Shown: positions 1 through 9,593, numbered from the stretch's first letter. The stretch: DNA of 64,000 bases from Gemmatimonadota bacterium (GCA_049668445.1 JBATJK010000299.1:55973-119972); one strand, 5' to 3'. A program made the numbers and translations. Notes: generated by a model from the sequence alone, not told the origin.

Positions 1-11
1 TCTCTGGATGG

Positions 12-1520
12 TTGCGCCTGCGGCGGCTCGCGATGTTGCTGGTGGGATTCTGGTTCCTGCTCGGTAGCCCGGGAGGAACGCTCTCCGGGGCCCGGGACGA
101 TGCGGCGCGCCCTGACGAGCCTGCAGCAGCCTCCACACACGTAGCCTACGGTGCGATCGGGCACTGGGCCGGTGTCAGCGCCCGGCAGGAGGCCGAGGGC
201 CCGGGCGACGGGGCGGAGGGAGGGCATGCGTCGGCTGAATCTCAGGATGATGCCGAGGGGCACGGCGTTCAAATCCGCGATGTGTTCTTCATTCTCATCG
301 TCATACTGCTGTCGGGGAAATTCCTCGGGGAACTGGTCGAGAGAAGGGGACAACCCGCGGTCCTCGGAGAACTCGTGGCCGGCGTCATTCTCGGCGGAAG
401 CGTACTGGGCGTCATCCCGGACGCCGGCACCGAGATGTACGAAATCATTCACGTGTTCGCCGAAATCGGGGTCTCGATACTGCTGTTCGAGATCGGCCTG
501 GAGACGGACCTCAAGGAGATGTTCAGCGTCGGGCGTACCGCGTCGGCGGTCGCCCTGATCGGGGTCATCTTCCCGTTCGGGCTTGGGTTCCTCTACTGGT
601 ACATGGCGAATCCGAGCATCGGGGTCACACCCGAGGGCATCAGCTTCGTCATAGTCTGCATCTTCGTGGGGGCGACCCTGACGGCCACCTCGGTCGGGAT
701 CACCGCGCGCGTACTCTCGGACCTCGAGAGGATGCATACCGCGGAAGCCCGGATCATCATCGGAGCCGCCGTAATCGACGATGTCCTCGGGATTGTGATC
801 CTGGCGGTGGTGGCGGGTCTTGCCTCCGGGGCGGCGGTTGGCCTGTTCGCGATCAGCAAGATCTTCATTTTCGCGGTCGGCTTCCTGGTGCTCGCGGTGG
901 TGATCGGAAACCGCTTCGCACCGATCCTGTTCGACGCGGTGGACAAGATGCGCGTGCGAGGTGTTCTCCTGGTGACCGCGTTCTGCTTCGCCCTGGGTAT
1001 CGCGGCCCTCGCCGACTGGGCGGGCTCCGCGATGATCATCGGCGCCTTTGCCGCTGGCCTGGTCCTTTCGTCCACGAATCAGTTCGACTCGGTGGTCGAG
1101 AAGATCGAGCCGGTCGCCGATGTGTTCACACCGATCTTCTTCGTCGTCGTAGGGGCACCCGTCAACGTCCACCTGTTCATCCCCGGATCTGCCGACTTCG
1201 ACGGGGCCGTGCTGGTCGTGGGCCTCATCCTCACCGCGGTGGCCATCTTCGGTAAGCTGGTCTCCGGCCTGGCGGTGAGACGGGCGGGTATCAGTAAGCT
1301 GGTGGTCGGTGTGGGTATGGTTCCGAGGGGAGAGGTGGGTCTGATCTTTGCCGCCATTGGCCTGTCCGCCGGCATCCTTTCCGGCGAGGTGTATAGTGCC
1401 ATCCTCATCATGGTCATCCTCTCGACGTTCGTCGTACCGCCCGTGTTGAAGATTCTCTTCGCCCGTCAGCCGCAACCGGTGGCTCCGTCGATCGAGGAAC
1501 TGGAGGACACCCATTTCTGA
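12..1520 (+). CDS. cation:proton antiporter (CPA2 / Kef-NapA type) with an N-terminal extension of about 90 aa
   Basis: ORF 12..1520 starts at TTG 12, with an alternative ATG at 33. From about residue 90 it reads VFFILIVILLSGKFLGELVERRGQPAVLGELVAGVILG. About 11-13 hydrophobic segments follow, and MVPRGEVGLIFA lies near the C-terminus. This is the typical Na+/H+-exchanger family pattern. The start is uncertain because the gene sits at the window edge. Confidence 0.8.
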   Translation: MRLRRLAMLLVGFWFLLGSPGGTLSGARDDAARPDEPAAASTHVAYGAIGHWAGVSARQEAEGPGDGAEGGHASAESQDDAEGHGVQIRDVFFILIVILLSGKFLGELVERRGQPAVLGELVAGVILGGSVLGVIPDAGTEMYEIIHVFAEIGVSILLFEIGLETDLKEMFSVGRTASAVALIGVIFPFGLGFLYWYMANPSIGVTPEGISFVIVCIFVGATLTATSVGITARVLSDLERMHTAEARIIIGAAVIDDVLGIVILAVVAGLASGAAVGLFAISKIFIFAVGFLVLAVVIGNRFAPILFDAVDKMRVRGVLLVTAFCFALGIAALADWAGSAMIIGAFAAGLVLSSTNQFDSVVEKIEPVADVFTPIFFVVVGAPVNVHLFIPGSADFDGAVLVVGLILTAVAIFGKLVSGLAVRRAGISKLVVGVGMVPRGEVGLIFAAIGLSAGILSGEVYSAILIMVILSTFVVPPVLKILFARQPQPVAPSIEELEDTHF

Positions 1521-1590
1521 GTCGGCAGCTGCCGGGTCGACGTCGAGCGATAAGCCCCTCGCCGCGCCCATACTGGACCGGCAGGAGATC

Positions 1591-2034
1591 GTGCGACTGC
1601 ACGGGCGTCCTCGCGACTACCGACTCGTGTTCACGAACGGAGTATTCGACTTGCTGCACCGTGGCCACGTTGCATCCCTCCAGGCCGCTCGGTCCCTGGG
1701 TGACCGGCTCGTTGTGGGGGTAAACTCCGACGAATCCACTCGTCGCCTGAAGGGGCAGGCTCGGCCGTATCAATCGGAGATGGACAGGGCTGCGATTCTC
1801 GCGGCCATCCGCTTCGTCGACGCCGTGACGGTGTTCGAGGAGGACACACCGGAGGAGATCATCTCGCAGCTTCTGCCGGATGTGCTGGTCAAGGGGACGG
1901 ACTACTCGGAGGACCAGATCGCGGGCGCGGCGGCGGTTCGGCGGGCGGGCGGAGACGTCGTGCTCGTCGAACTCGAGGCCGGTCTTTCCAGCTCGGGACT
2001 GGCTCACAGGATCCAGGCCGGGGGAGTGGATTGA
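1591..2034 (+). CDS. cytidylyltransferase-like adenylyltransferase (RfaE domain II-like, D-beta-D-heptose 1-phosphate adenylyltransferase family)
   Basis: GTG 1591 is preceded by GGAG. It carries the FTNGVFDLLHRGHV (HxGH nucleotidyltransferase) motif, VVGVNSDES...KG, and is 147 aa long. Confidence 0.75.
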   Translation: MRLHGRPRDYRLVFTNGVFDLLHRGHVASLQAARSLGDRLVVGVNSDESTRRLKGQARPYQSEMDRAAILAAIRFVDAVTVFEEDTPEEIISQLLPDVLVKGTDYSEDQIAGAAAVRRAGGDVVLVELEAGLSSSGLAHRIQAGGVD

Positions 2035-3008
2035 TGGGAGACGAGGCAGAGGTGACGGACGCGTCCGGGACGCCGCCTTCTGGACATCTTAACGGGCCGG
2101 GGGACCTGTTCTCGCTGACGAAGCCACGCATTACCCTGATGGTACTGATCACCTCCGGGGCTGGTTTCCTGCTGGGATCCCGTGCAGACGTGGACGGCTG
2201 GACTCTCCTGGCGGCCTCGGTAGGAATCTGGTTGGTAGCGAGTGGAACGAGCGCACTCAACCAGGTCATTGAACGCGACATCGATGCCATGATGCAGCGT
2301 ACGCGGGGCAGGGCGCTTCCCACCGGAAGAGTGACCCCGGCAGCCGCGACGTGGTTCTCGATCGCGCTATCGGCCCTGGGTGTGGGCATCCTCGCCGTAT
2401 TCGTGAATCCGCTCACGGCACTTCTCGCCGTACTTGCGCTCCTGAGCTACATCCTCGTGTACACGCCCATGAAGAGAGTCTCGTCTCTTTCCACGCTCGT
2501 GGGTGCGGTGCCGGGAGCCCTGCCAATCCTCGGCGGCTGGACGGCTGCCACAGGATCTCTGGACCCCGGGGGGTGGGCGCTGTTCGGGATTCTCTTCTTC
2601 TGGCAGCTTCCGCACTTCCTGGCGCTCGCATGGATGTACAGCGAGGACTACCGGCGGGGCGGTTTGAAGATGCTCGGGGTGTCAGATCCCGCCGGGAGGC
2701 AGACGAGGCACCAGTCTGTGCTGTACGCCCTGGCGCTGCTGCCCACGAGCCTGCTCCCCGTACTCCTGGGCCTTGCCGGCGGTTTCTACGCCTTTGCGGC
2801 CCTCCTTCTCACGGGCGCCTACCTGGCGAGCGCTATCCGTTTTGCGGCCAGAGCCGATTCTCCCGCAGCACGGGGGCTCTTCCGTGTTTCCTTGCTGTAT
2901 CTGCCGGTTCTGTTGCTGTTTCTGACGCTGGACGGTGCTGGCTCCATCGGGACCACGACGGAGTCCGGCCCCACGATGACCATCGGAAGTCCGTTGGCGG
3001 GCGAGTAG
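2034..3008 (+). CDS. ctaB: protoheme IX farnesyltransferase (heme o synthase)
   Basis: ATG 2034 overlaps the upstream stop (TGATG). It has a UbiA-type motif, NQVIERDIDAMMQRTRGRALPTGR, multiple TM segments, and WQLPHFLALAWMY. Confidence 0.85.
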   Translation: MGDEAEVTDASGTPPSGHLNGPGDLFSLTKPRITLMVLITSGAGFLLGSRADVDGWTLLAASVGIWLVASGTSALNQVIERDIDAMMQRTRGRALPTGRVTPAAATWFSIALSALGVGILAVFVNPLTALLAVLALLSYILVYTPMKRVSSLSTLVGAVPGALPILGGWTAATGSLDPGGWALFGILFFWQLPHFLALAWMYSEDYRRGGLKMLGVSDPAGRQTRHQSVLYALALLPTSLLPVLLGLAGGFYAFAALLLTGAYLASAIRFAARADSPAARGLFRVSLLYLPVLLLFLTLDGAGSIGTTTESGPTMTIGSPLAGE

Positions 3009-3011
3009 AAG

Positions 3012-3662
3012 GTGCCTCCGGTGGTCCAACGGAAGCTCCTTCTCGCGACGCGCAACGCCCACAAGGTTCGTGAGATCGTGGAGCTCCTCGAGGGACTGCC
3101 CCTTGAGGTCTCTTCCCTTCGGGATATTGGAATCGCCCGCCTGCCGGGCGAAGACGACGTCGAGATATTCGGGACGTTTGAGCAGAATGCACTGGCCAAG
3201 GCCCGGTTCTACCGGATGCACACGGGGATGGACGTCGTGGCGGATGATTCCGGCCTCTGCGTAGATGCCCTCGAGGGAGGACCTGGCGTAAGGTCCCGGC
3301 GCTTCGCGGCCGATCACGGGCTGGAGGGGGCGGATCAGGATGCGGCGAACAACCAGTGCCTCCTGCGGCTGCTCGAACAGGTAGAAGACGCCGAGAGAAG
3401 CGCGCACTACCGGTGCGCTCTGGCTTGCGTGACAGCCGACCGTACTCTGGTGGTCGGAGGCCGGGTGGACGGGAGGATCACCCGGGCAGAGAGGGGCCGC
3501 GGAGGGTTCGGGTACGATCCACTGTTCCTCCTTCCCGAGTACGGCCAGACGTTTGGCGAACTACCGCCGGAGGTGAAGGCCGCGATCAGCCACAGGGCGG
3601 AGGCGATCCGGTCGTTTCGTCGTTGGCTGGAACCTCTTGAATCCCAGGAGTCGCTTCGATGA
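3012..3662 (+). CDS. rdgB: non-canonical purine NTP pyrophosphatase (RdgB/HAM1 family)
   Basis: GTG 3012. Motifs KLLLATRNAHKVREI, GFGYDPLF and SHRA are typical Ham1/RdgB signatures. Confidence 0.85.
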   Translation: MPPVVQRKLLLATRNAHKVREIVELLEGLPLEVSSLRDIGIARLPGEDDVEIFGTFEQNALAKARFYRMHTGMDVVADDSGLCVDALEGGPGVRSRRFAADHGLEGADQDAANNQCLLRLLEQVEDAERSAHYRCALACVTADRTLVVGGRVDGRITRAERGRGGFGYDPLFLLPEYGQTFGELPPEVKAAISHRAEAIRSFRRWLEPLESQESLR

Positions 3663-4204
3663 GTATTGGACCGAAGACGTTCACTCGCGGCGCACTCGCG
3701 CTGGTCTTCCTGTCCGGGCTGCCGGGATCCTTGCTGGCGCAGGAGAGCCCTCCCTCCGCCGCCCCGGGGGACGTCGAGTCCGCCGACGCCATCATTGCGG
3801 CGGTCTACGACGTGATCTCCGGGCCGGCCGGCGCTGAGCGGGACTGGGATCGAATGCGCTCGCTATTCCTGCCGGGGGCCCAGCTGACTCCGTCGTTCCC
3901 GAATCCAGAGGGCGGATACGGTTTTCGTTACATGGACGTCGAGGAGTGGATCGAGGGGGCGACGGGTTGGTTTGCGGAGAATGCCTTCTTCGAGGTCGAG
4001 ATCCACCAGGTGGCCGAGAGCTATGGGCATATCGCCCACGCGTTCAGCACGTACGAGTCGCGGAGGGAGGCCGATGGCGAGCCGTTCACCCGCGGGATCA
4101 ACAGTTTCCAGCTCATGTTCGACGGTCGGCGTTGGTGGATCGTGAACATCTTCTGGCAGGGCGAGACCGAATCCGAGCCAATTCCCAGCCAGTACCTGCC
4201 GTGA
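3659..4204 (+). CDS. secreted NTF2-like (SnoaL/DUF4440-like) hypothetical protein
   Basis: ATG 3659 overlaps the rdgB stop (ATGA). It has a signal peptide, ALALVFLSGLPGSLLAQE, and a C-terminal RRWWIVNIFWQGE typical of NTF2-fold proteins. Confidence 0.55.
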   Translation: MSIGPKTFTRGALALVFLSGLPGSLLAQESPPSAAPGDVESADAIIAAVYDVISGPAGAERDWDRMRSLFLPGAQLTPSFPNPEGGYGFRYMDVEEWIEGATGWFAENAFFEVEIHQVAESYGHIAHAFSTYESRREADGEPFTRGINSFQLMFDGRRWWIVNIFWQGETESEPIPSQYLP

Positions 4205-4535
4205 ACTGACCCCTCCCTGGACCCGGGCCCGGCGAACGTCGTCGGGTTCGGCTGTGCAACCCCCGTCACCTGGTTCGTCATCAGGAGCAGGAACGAACTG
4301 TCCACCGATGACGCGAGGGATACGATGCACTCGACGGAAACCGTTTTCCGAGTCACGCTGATCTCTTCTGCTGGGCTCTTGATGTGTGCCTGTTCGGTAC
4401 CCACGAATCCGGAGTCGCCGCCCCGGGCTGCCGAGTTGGCGGCCAGCCAACCACCCGCAGAGACTGTGAGATACCTCCTCCCTGCTCCGGATCGGTGGCC
4501 TGTCTCATCCGCTTGCCGGGCTCGAACCGTCGAAG

Positions 4536-5132
4536 ATGGCAGGGGCGCAGGACTTGACCCGGGCCCTTCGGACTCCCGAGATGTATGTTCAGTCAGCATT
4601 GCGGGACACTTCGAGAACGAGGACCGGCTTGGGAACCGATTGGGCGGCGATCTACGAGGCGTCGTACGACGACCTGGTGCGTTTCCTGTACCGCATGGTG
4701 TGGGAGGAGGACCGGGCGCACGACCTCGTTCAGGAGACCTTCGTGCGGGCCCTTCGACACGATCCGGAGCAGCCTCGGGCGTGGCTGTTTTCGGTAGCAC
4801 GCAATCTGGCGCGCGACGAGGCCCGTACGGCGATTCGCCGACGACGCCAACTGGCGCTGGTTCGGGTTGAAGAGTCAGACCGCGTTGCGGAGGATGTGGA
4901 TCAGGAGATGGAGCGCACGGAGCGACACCAGGCCGTCGAGGCGGCTCTCGATCGATTGAGCGAGAGGGATCGCGAGGTCCTGCTGCTGTGGGACGCAGGG
5001 CTGAGCTATGACGAGATCGCTGAGCAGACGGGGCTGGCTCGCGGAGCTATCGGAACGACCCTCTCGAGGGCGCGTCGGCGACTGGTCGACGCGCACAGGA
5101 CGGGAGAGGACCAGAATGCCACACATCCCTGA
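4536..5132 (+). CDS. RNA polymerase sigma-70 factor, ECF subfamily
   Basis: Region 2 reads IYEASYDDLVRFLYRMVWEEDRAHDLVQETFVRAL. Region 4 reads REVLLLWDAGLSYDEIAEQTGLARGAIGTTLSRARRRL. The start could also be ATG 4581. Confidence 0.85.
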   Translation: MAGAQDLTRALRTPEMYVQSALRDTSRTRTGLGTDWAAIYEASYDDLVRFLYRMVWEEDRAHDLVQETFVRALRHDPEQPRAWLFSVARNLARDEARTAIRRRRQLALVRVEESDRVAEDVDQEMERTERHQAVEAALDRLSERDREVLLLWDAGLSYDEIAEQTGLARGAIGTTLSRARRRLVDAHRTGEDQNATHP

Positions 5133-6276
5133 AGGCCAGCTGCATGCCTGGATTGATGGTGCGATCCCCGAGGGCTCGGAGGAGGGGCGTACCGTCCGTC
5201 TCCACCTCGAAGCGTGCTCGGACTGCGCCGCGCGCCTCGAAGATGCTCGCGCGTTGCGCGATGCTGCAGGAGAGATCCTGGAGTCGGTCATTCCTCTCGG
5301 ATCGGCACCACCCTTCGAGCAGATCCAGCAACGAGCTCGGGCCGGGGCAGGCGAGCCAAAGCCGTCGGCTTCCCGGAGCGGCCGGGTGCGAATGGGATGG
5401 CTGTCGCCCCAGCGGCTTGGCTGGGCGGCAACGATCGCCCTCGCCCTCGGGGCCGGTTGGATCGGGCGGGCCGTGCTCGAAGAAAAGGGCTGGACGGACC
5501 CGTTCCACGAGGGACAGGTGCAAGCAGTCAGCCCCGCCGTTGATTCGGAAGCCGCCCGTCAGAACGCGGCGGAGCTTCTTGCGGACGACGCGGTGGGAGA
5601 GGCCGAGTCGAAGGAACTCGGTCTGCGGAAGGACCGCCTGGCCGAAGCCAGCGAGGAACCCTCGAAGGCTGCCGCGGCTCCTCGAGCCGAAGAGACCGCT
5701 CCGGTGGAGTTGCGGGCCCAGGGAGGAGTGGCTCGTGAGCAAGCTCCCGCAGATGCCGCCGACGAGTCTGAGGTGGATGCGGACCAGGGAGGGGCGGACG
5801 GGGTCATGGCACCGGCCGCGGAGGACCGTAGTCGTGATTCCAGGGCCAAGTCCGTTCGCCCCCCGATCGATCCGTGGCACTCCATCCCCGAGGTTCGCGT
5901 CGCGCCGACCTCGGACGTCGTCGGGTGCTATCGGCTCGAGTTTTCCTGGTCGCCTGAAACGGGCTATCTGCCAGGGACGCTGGAACTGACTCGCGACGAA
6001 CCGGCGGGCCGAGCCGGGCAATCCATCTTCTCCATCGCTGTCCCCGGTCAAGCGCAGCCGCTGCTGCACGAGGCGATCTGGGCGTCCCCCGCATCGGATT
6101 CGGTCTGGGTCCGTCTGGTCACGGGCGAGGAACGGGCGGCGTTCACCGTGCGCGCGGGGCGGGCGCAGTCGAATTGGGTTGGGGAGGGGCGTGTCTGGAT
6201 GCCTGGCTCTCCAGTCTCCGCCGGACAGGTGCGCGGTGCCGTGAGCCTGGTACGGACCGACTGCGAGCCGTCGTGA
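5116..6276 (+). CDS. anti-sigma factor (zf-HC2 type) with one TM segment and a long extracytoplasmic domain
   Basis: ATG 5116 overlaps the last 17 nt of the sigma gene. It carries the H-x3-C-x2-C motif HLEACSDCAARL and a TM segment WAATIALALGAGWIG. The ORF-track start at 5008 lies inside the sigma gene and was rejected. Confidence 0.7.
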   Translation: MPHIPEGQLHAWIDGAIPEGSEEGRTVRLHLEACSDCAARLEDARALRDAAGEILESVIPLGSAPPFEQIQQRARAGAGEPKPSASRSGRVRMGWLSPQRLGWAATIALALGAGWIGRAVLEEKGWTDPFHEGQVQAVSPAVDSEAARQNAAELLADDAVGEAESKELGLRKDRLAEASEEPSKAAAAPRAEETAPVELRAQGGVAREQAPADAADESEVDADQGGADGVMAPAAEDRSRDSRAKSVRPPIDPWHSIPEVRVAPTSDVVGCYRLEFSWSPETGYLPGTLELTRDEPAGRAGQSIFSIAVPGQAQPLLHEAIWASPASDSVWVRLVTGEERAAFTVRAGRAQSNWVGEGRVWMPGSPVSAGQVRGAVSLVRTDCEPS

Positions 6277-6560
6277 ACCGGGAGGACCGTACGGGGCCTG
6301 ACCTGCTGCGGCGCCTTCGGACGGCGAGGGCCATCTACGAAGGCATCTACTTCGTCCCATACCGGATGACGATCCACCGCGAGTATTTGCGCCAGAGGGA
6401 CCTGTTGTTCGTGCTCGGATTCGCGGATCTGCTCGGCGTGCCCAGCCCGTTGCAGTTCTATACGCTTGAACTGCTCCCGGAAGTACTGGAGCAGTTCCAC
6501 GAGTGGCACCTTCGCATGGGAATGGCCGAGGCCCCGGAGGGAGGCTTCCGGTGCTGCTGA
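6273..6560 (+). CDS. small conserved-looking protein ending in Cys-Cys-stop
   Basis: GTG 6273 overlaps the anti-sigma stop (GTGA). Third codon positions are GC-rich throughout. The sequence is helix-like: IYEGIYFVPYRMTIHREYLRQRDLLFVLGFADLLGVPSPLQFYTLELLPEVLEQFHEWHLRMGM. The C-terminus is GGFRCC*. The upstream part of ORF-track entry 6174..6560 overlaps the anti-sigma gene. Confidence 0.5.
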   Translation: MNREDRTGPDLLRRLRTARAIYEGIYFVPYRMTIHREYLRQRDLLFVLGFADLLGVPSPLQFYTLELLPEVLEQFHEWHLRMGMAEAPEGGFRCC

Positions 6561-6597
6561 GCGCGGCGTGAGCCACCTTGAGGCCCTGCAGGAGGCC

Positions 6598-7554
6598 ATG
6601 GCACGCCCCCTCCTGTTCTTCGGCGGCAAGGGCGGGGTAGGGAAGACCACTTTGGCGGCAGCCCGGGCCCTCGAGTCAGCCGCCCAGGGCACCCGAACGC
6701 TTCTCGTGTCTACTGATCCGGCCCACTCGACCAGTGACGCCCTGGAAGTCACGCTGGGGCCGGAGCCCCGGGAGGTCTCGTCGGATCTGTGGGCGATGGA
6801 GTTGGACCCGGCCACTGAGACCGAGCGCTATGTGGCGGAGGTACGGGAGCGCATCGCGGACGCTGTCCCGCCGCGCCTGGCCGGTGAAGTGGAACGCCAG
6901 CTGGACGTTGCCCGGGCCTCGCCCGGCTCCCAGGAAGCCGCCCTCTTTGATCGCTTCGCGAGGATCATCGCCGAACGACGATACGAGCGGATCGTATTCG
7001 ACACAGCCCCTTCGGGACAGACGCTTCGTCTCCTTTCCCTCCCGGAACTGATGACGACCTGGATGGGGTCGCTGATCTCACAGAGGAAGAAGGTCACCGC
7101 CCTGGGGCGGATGTGGCGCAATGTGGCCGGAGAGGCGGCCGGCTCTGAATCGCAGGGCAGGGATGTGGTGATCGAGGCACTGGAAGAGCGACGTGAGCGC
7201 TTCTCGAACGCGCGCGATATGCTCTGTGATCCATCTCGCACCGCGTTTCTGTTCGTCACCGTCGCCGAGCGATTGCCCGTGCTCGAGACGCACCGGATCA
7301 TGACGGCGCTTTCAAGGCACGGCATTCCGGTAGGAGGCGTGATCGTGAATCAACTCCTTCCCGGCACCACCACCGATGCGTTCCTCGTCCGGCGTAAGGC
7401 CAGGGAAGCGGCACACCTTGCCGACATCGCGATCCGTTTCGAAGATTGGCCCGTCGGCTACCTGCCGCTCCTCGACCGTGACCCCGTCGGGGCGGATCAA
7501 CTGGAGAGCCTGTTCGGCTTGCTCCGTGCGCACGGGACGGAGGCCCCTGCTTGA
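6598..7554 (+). CDS. ArsA/Get3(TRC40)-family P-loop ATPase, single-domain (half-size)
   Basis: P-loop FFGGKGGVGKTT, STDPAHS, and DTAPSGQTLRLLSLPE (canonical DTAPTGHT, with Gln replacing His). The start is ATG 6598, with an alternative GTG at 6568. Confidence 0.85.
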   Translation: MARPLLFFGGKGGVGKTTLAAARALESAAQGTRTLLVSTDPAHSTSDALEVTLGPEPREVSSDLWAMELDPATETERYVAEVRERIADAVPPRLAGEVERQLDVARASPGSQEAALFDRFARIIAERRYERIVFDTAPSGQTLRLLSLPELMTTWMGSLISQRKKVTALGRMWRNVAGEAAGSESQGRDVVIEALEERRERFSNARDMLCDPSRTAFLFVTVAERLPVLETHRIMTALSRHGIPVGGVIVNQLLPGTTTDAFLVRRKAREAAHLADIAIRFEDWPVGYLPLLDRDPVGADQLESLFGLLRAHGTEAPA

Positions 7555-9311
7555 GCTCCATCGTACTCCTCGTGATCGGCGTCACCGCCTTCATCGCCGG
7601 ATACAGGATCTACTCACGTTACATCGCCCGCAGCATCTATCAGCTCGATCCTGACTTTGTCACGCCAGCGCACGAGTTCGAGGACGGGGTGGACTTCGTG
7701 CCAACGAACCGGCACGTCCTGTTCGGCCATCACTTCACGTCCGTTGCCGGGGCGGCTCCGATCGTGGGGCCGGCTATCGCGGTGATCTGGGGGTGGCTGC
7801 CGGCTTTCCTCTGGGTCGTGGTGGGCACGGTCTTCGCCGGTGCGGTACACGATTTCGGCACCCTGTGGATTTCGACGCGTCACAAGGGCAACTCGATCGG
7901 CACGCTGGCCGAGTCCATCGTCGGCGATCGGGCACGGGTTCTCTTCCTGCTCCTGATCTTCTTCCTGCTCCTGATGGTCAACGCGGTGTTCGCGGTGATC
8001 ATCGCGAACCTGTTCATGGCGAATCCGGGAGCGGTGCTGCCGGTGTGGGGAAGCCTGGTTGTGGCGCTGGTGGTGGGCTTTCTGATCTATCGAACGGGTG
8101 CCGGGATCCTTGCCCCGTCTCTTGCGGCCCTGGTCATTCTGTACGCCCTGATCTGGGTTGGGCAGTATGTACCCTTCACACTTCCTGACCTCCTCGGTCT
8201 GGGGCCCACGGGCGCTCAACTGGCCACCGCTGCGGGGGATCCGGCGGTCGCGGCCGCCGCGGCAGCACAGGACGGACAGCGGGTGGGCTGGATCATCATC
8301 CTGTTCGCGTACACCTTTGTCGCCAGCGTTCTCCCGGTGTGGTTGCTCCTGCAGCCGCGCGACTACGTGAACGGGCACCAGCTGTTTGTCGCCCTCGGTA
8401 TCATCGGCGCCGGAGTGATCGTCGCGAACCCTGAGGTGGTGGCCCCCGCGGTGAACACGAACCTGCCGGCGGACGCCCCGGGTTGGTTTCCCCTTCTGTT
8501 CATCACAATCGCCTGTGGTGCCATCAGCGGCTTCCACGGTCTCGTGGCGTCCGGTACGTCGTCGAAGCAGCTGGATCGAGAGCCGGATGCGCGCTACGTC
8601 GGATATGGGGGAGCGCTGGGCGAGGGAGCCCTGGCTCTGACCTCGATCCTGGCGACGACCGCAGGATTCGCAGTCTACGTCGGAATCGATGGGTGGCATG
8701 CCCACTACGGATCCTGGGCCGCGGCCTCTACCGGCGCTACCACGGCCTTCGTCAACGGGGTAGGCGTCCTCGCAGAAGGAATCGGGATTCCCCACGGGGT
8801 AGCCACGATCTTCGCGGCGGTGGTGGTGATCAGTTTCGCCGCCACCACGCTGGATACCAGCGTGAGGCTGCAGCGCTATATCATCGCCGAACTGGGTGTA
8901 GAGTACCGGCTGAAGGCCGTCCAGAATCGGTGGGTAGGCACGCTCATCGCCGTTGCCAGTTGTGCCTTGCTGGCGCTCGGGCTGGACCGAGGGGCGGGCG
9001 GGATGCGTCTGTGGCCTCTGTTCGGGACGACGAACCAGCTCCTCGCCGGACTCAGCCTTCTGGTCCTCACACTGTTCCTGCTCAAGCTGGGAAGACGTGT
9101 CTGGGTTACGGCGATCCCGATGGCGTTTCTGCTGGTCATGACGACGTGGGCGATGGTGCTCAACCTGGTTCGATTCGTAACGAATGACCAGGTGCTTCTC
9201 GCCGCCGTAGGGGGAGCGATCTTCGTCCTGGAGCTCTGGCTGCTGTTCGAGGCTGCCGCTGCCGTCCGGCGACTCATGGTTGGGCTCTCAAGAGCATCCG
9301 ATAAGGTCTGA
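7551..9311 (+). CDS. cstA: carbon starvation protein A (peptide/pyruvate transporter family)
   Basis: TTG 7551 overlaps the ArsA-like stop (TTGA). The N-terminus is YRIYSRYIARSIYQLDPDFVTPAHEFEDGVDFVPTNRHVLFGHHFTSVAGAAPIVGP, and there are more than 14 TM segments. Confidence 0.9.
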   Translation: MSSIVLLVIGVTAFIAGYRIYSRYIARSIYQLDPDFVTPAHEFEDGVDFVPTNRHVLFGHHFTSVAGAAPIVGPAIAVIWGWLPAFLWVVVGTVFAGAVHDFGTLWISTRHKGNSIGTLAESIVGDRARVLFLLLIFFLLLMVNAVFAVIIANLFMANPGAVLPVWGSLVVALVVGFLIYRTGAGILAPSLAALVILYALIWVGQYVPFTLPDLLGLGPTGAQLATAAGDPAVAAAAAAQDGQRVGWIIILFAYTFVASVLPVWLLLQPRDYVNGHQLFVALGIIGAGVIVANPEVVAPAVNTNLPADAPGWFPLLFITIACGAISGFHGLVASGTSSKQLDREPDARYVGYGGALGEGALALTSILATTAGFAVYVGIDGWHAHYGSWAAASTGATTAFVNGVGVLAEGIGIPHGVATIFAAVVVISFAATTLDTSVRLQRYIIAELGVEYRLKAVQNRWVGTLIAVASCALLALGLDRGAGGMRLWPLFGTTNQLLAGLSLLVLTLFLLKLGRRVWVTAIPMAFLLVMTTWAMVLNLVRFVTNDQVLLAAVGGAIFVLELWLLFEAAAAVRRLMVGLSRASDKV

Positions 9312-9569
9312 GTAGCCTCGCGCCTCGGGAACCCTTTTGGACCCTGCCTGGTTGGTATGGCACGGTGGTATGGCGGCCGTGGCGAGTGGGCCGCATGTTG
9401 CCTGCCGTTTCTCGAATCGATCAAGAACGCTTTTGCGGAGCAATATTATGTCGGAGGTGCTGTCTCTCCTTGCCCTGGTGGTAGTAGCAGTCGTCTGGAG
9501 CCGCACGGGTTGCGGCTGAGGCAAGCGCTGACCCGCCGTGGGCGGGTTCACACCTTGAAATAGCTATGC

Positions 9570-9593
9570 GGAGGGCGGCTTCAGCCGCCCTCC
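9570..9593. terminator. perfect 10-bp GC hairpin (GGAGGGCGGC-TTCA-GCCGCCCTCC) between convergent genes
   Basis: Read directly from the sequence. It lies 12 nt past the stop of the minus-strand FAD oxidase gene. It has no U-tract, which is common in GC-rich genomes. Confidence 0.5.

Noticed and set aside
4325-4870. An ORF whose N-terminus (LISSAGLLMCACS) looks like a lipoprotein signal.
   Set aside because: From 4536 onward it is out of frame with the well-supported ECF sigma gene, and the rest of it is Gly/Arg/Pro-rich. At most a short upstream peptide could be real, and I cannot support that.
5047-6576. A 509-aa minus-strand ORF, one of the longest in the track.
   Set aside because: It is antisense to the anti-sigma gene and the CC-terminal ORF. 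Its translation is Arg/Pro/Gly/Ser-rich low complexity with no motifs. This is the usual shadow ORF of a GC-rich coding strand.
6598-7554. The ArsA-like gene read as part of an arsenic-resistance operon.
   Set aside because: No arsR, arsB, arsC, arsD or acr3 is nearby. The protein is half-size with a single P-loop, and the DTAPTGHT His is replaced by Gln.
7614-8795. A 393-aa minus-strand ORF inside cstA.
   Set aside because: It is antisense to a confidently identified CstA gene. Its composition is highly charged (R/D/E/H-rich), which is typical of a reverse-frame artefact.
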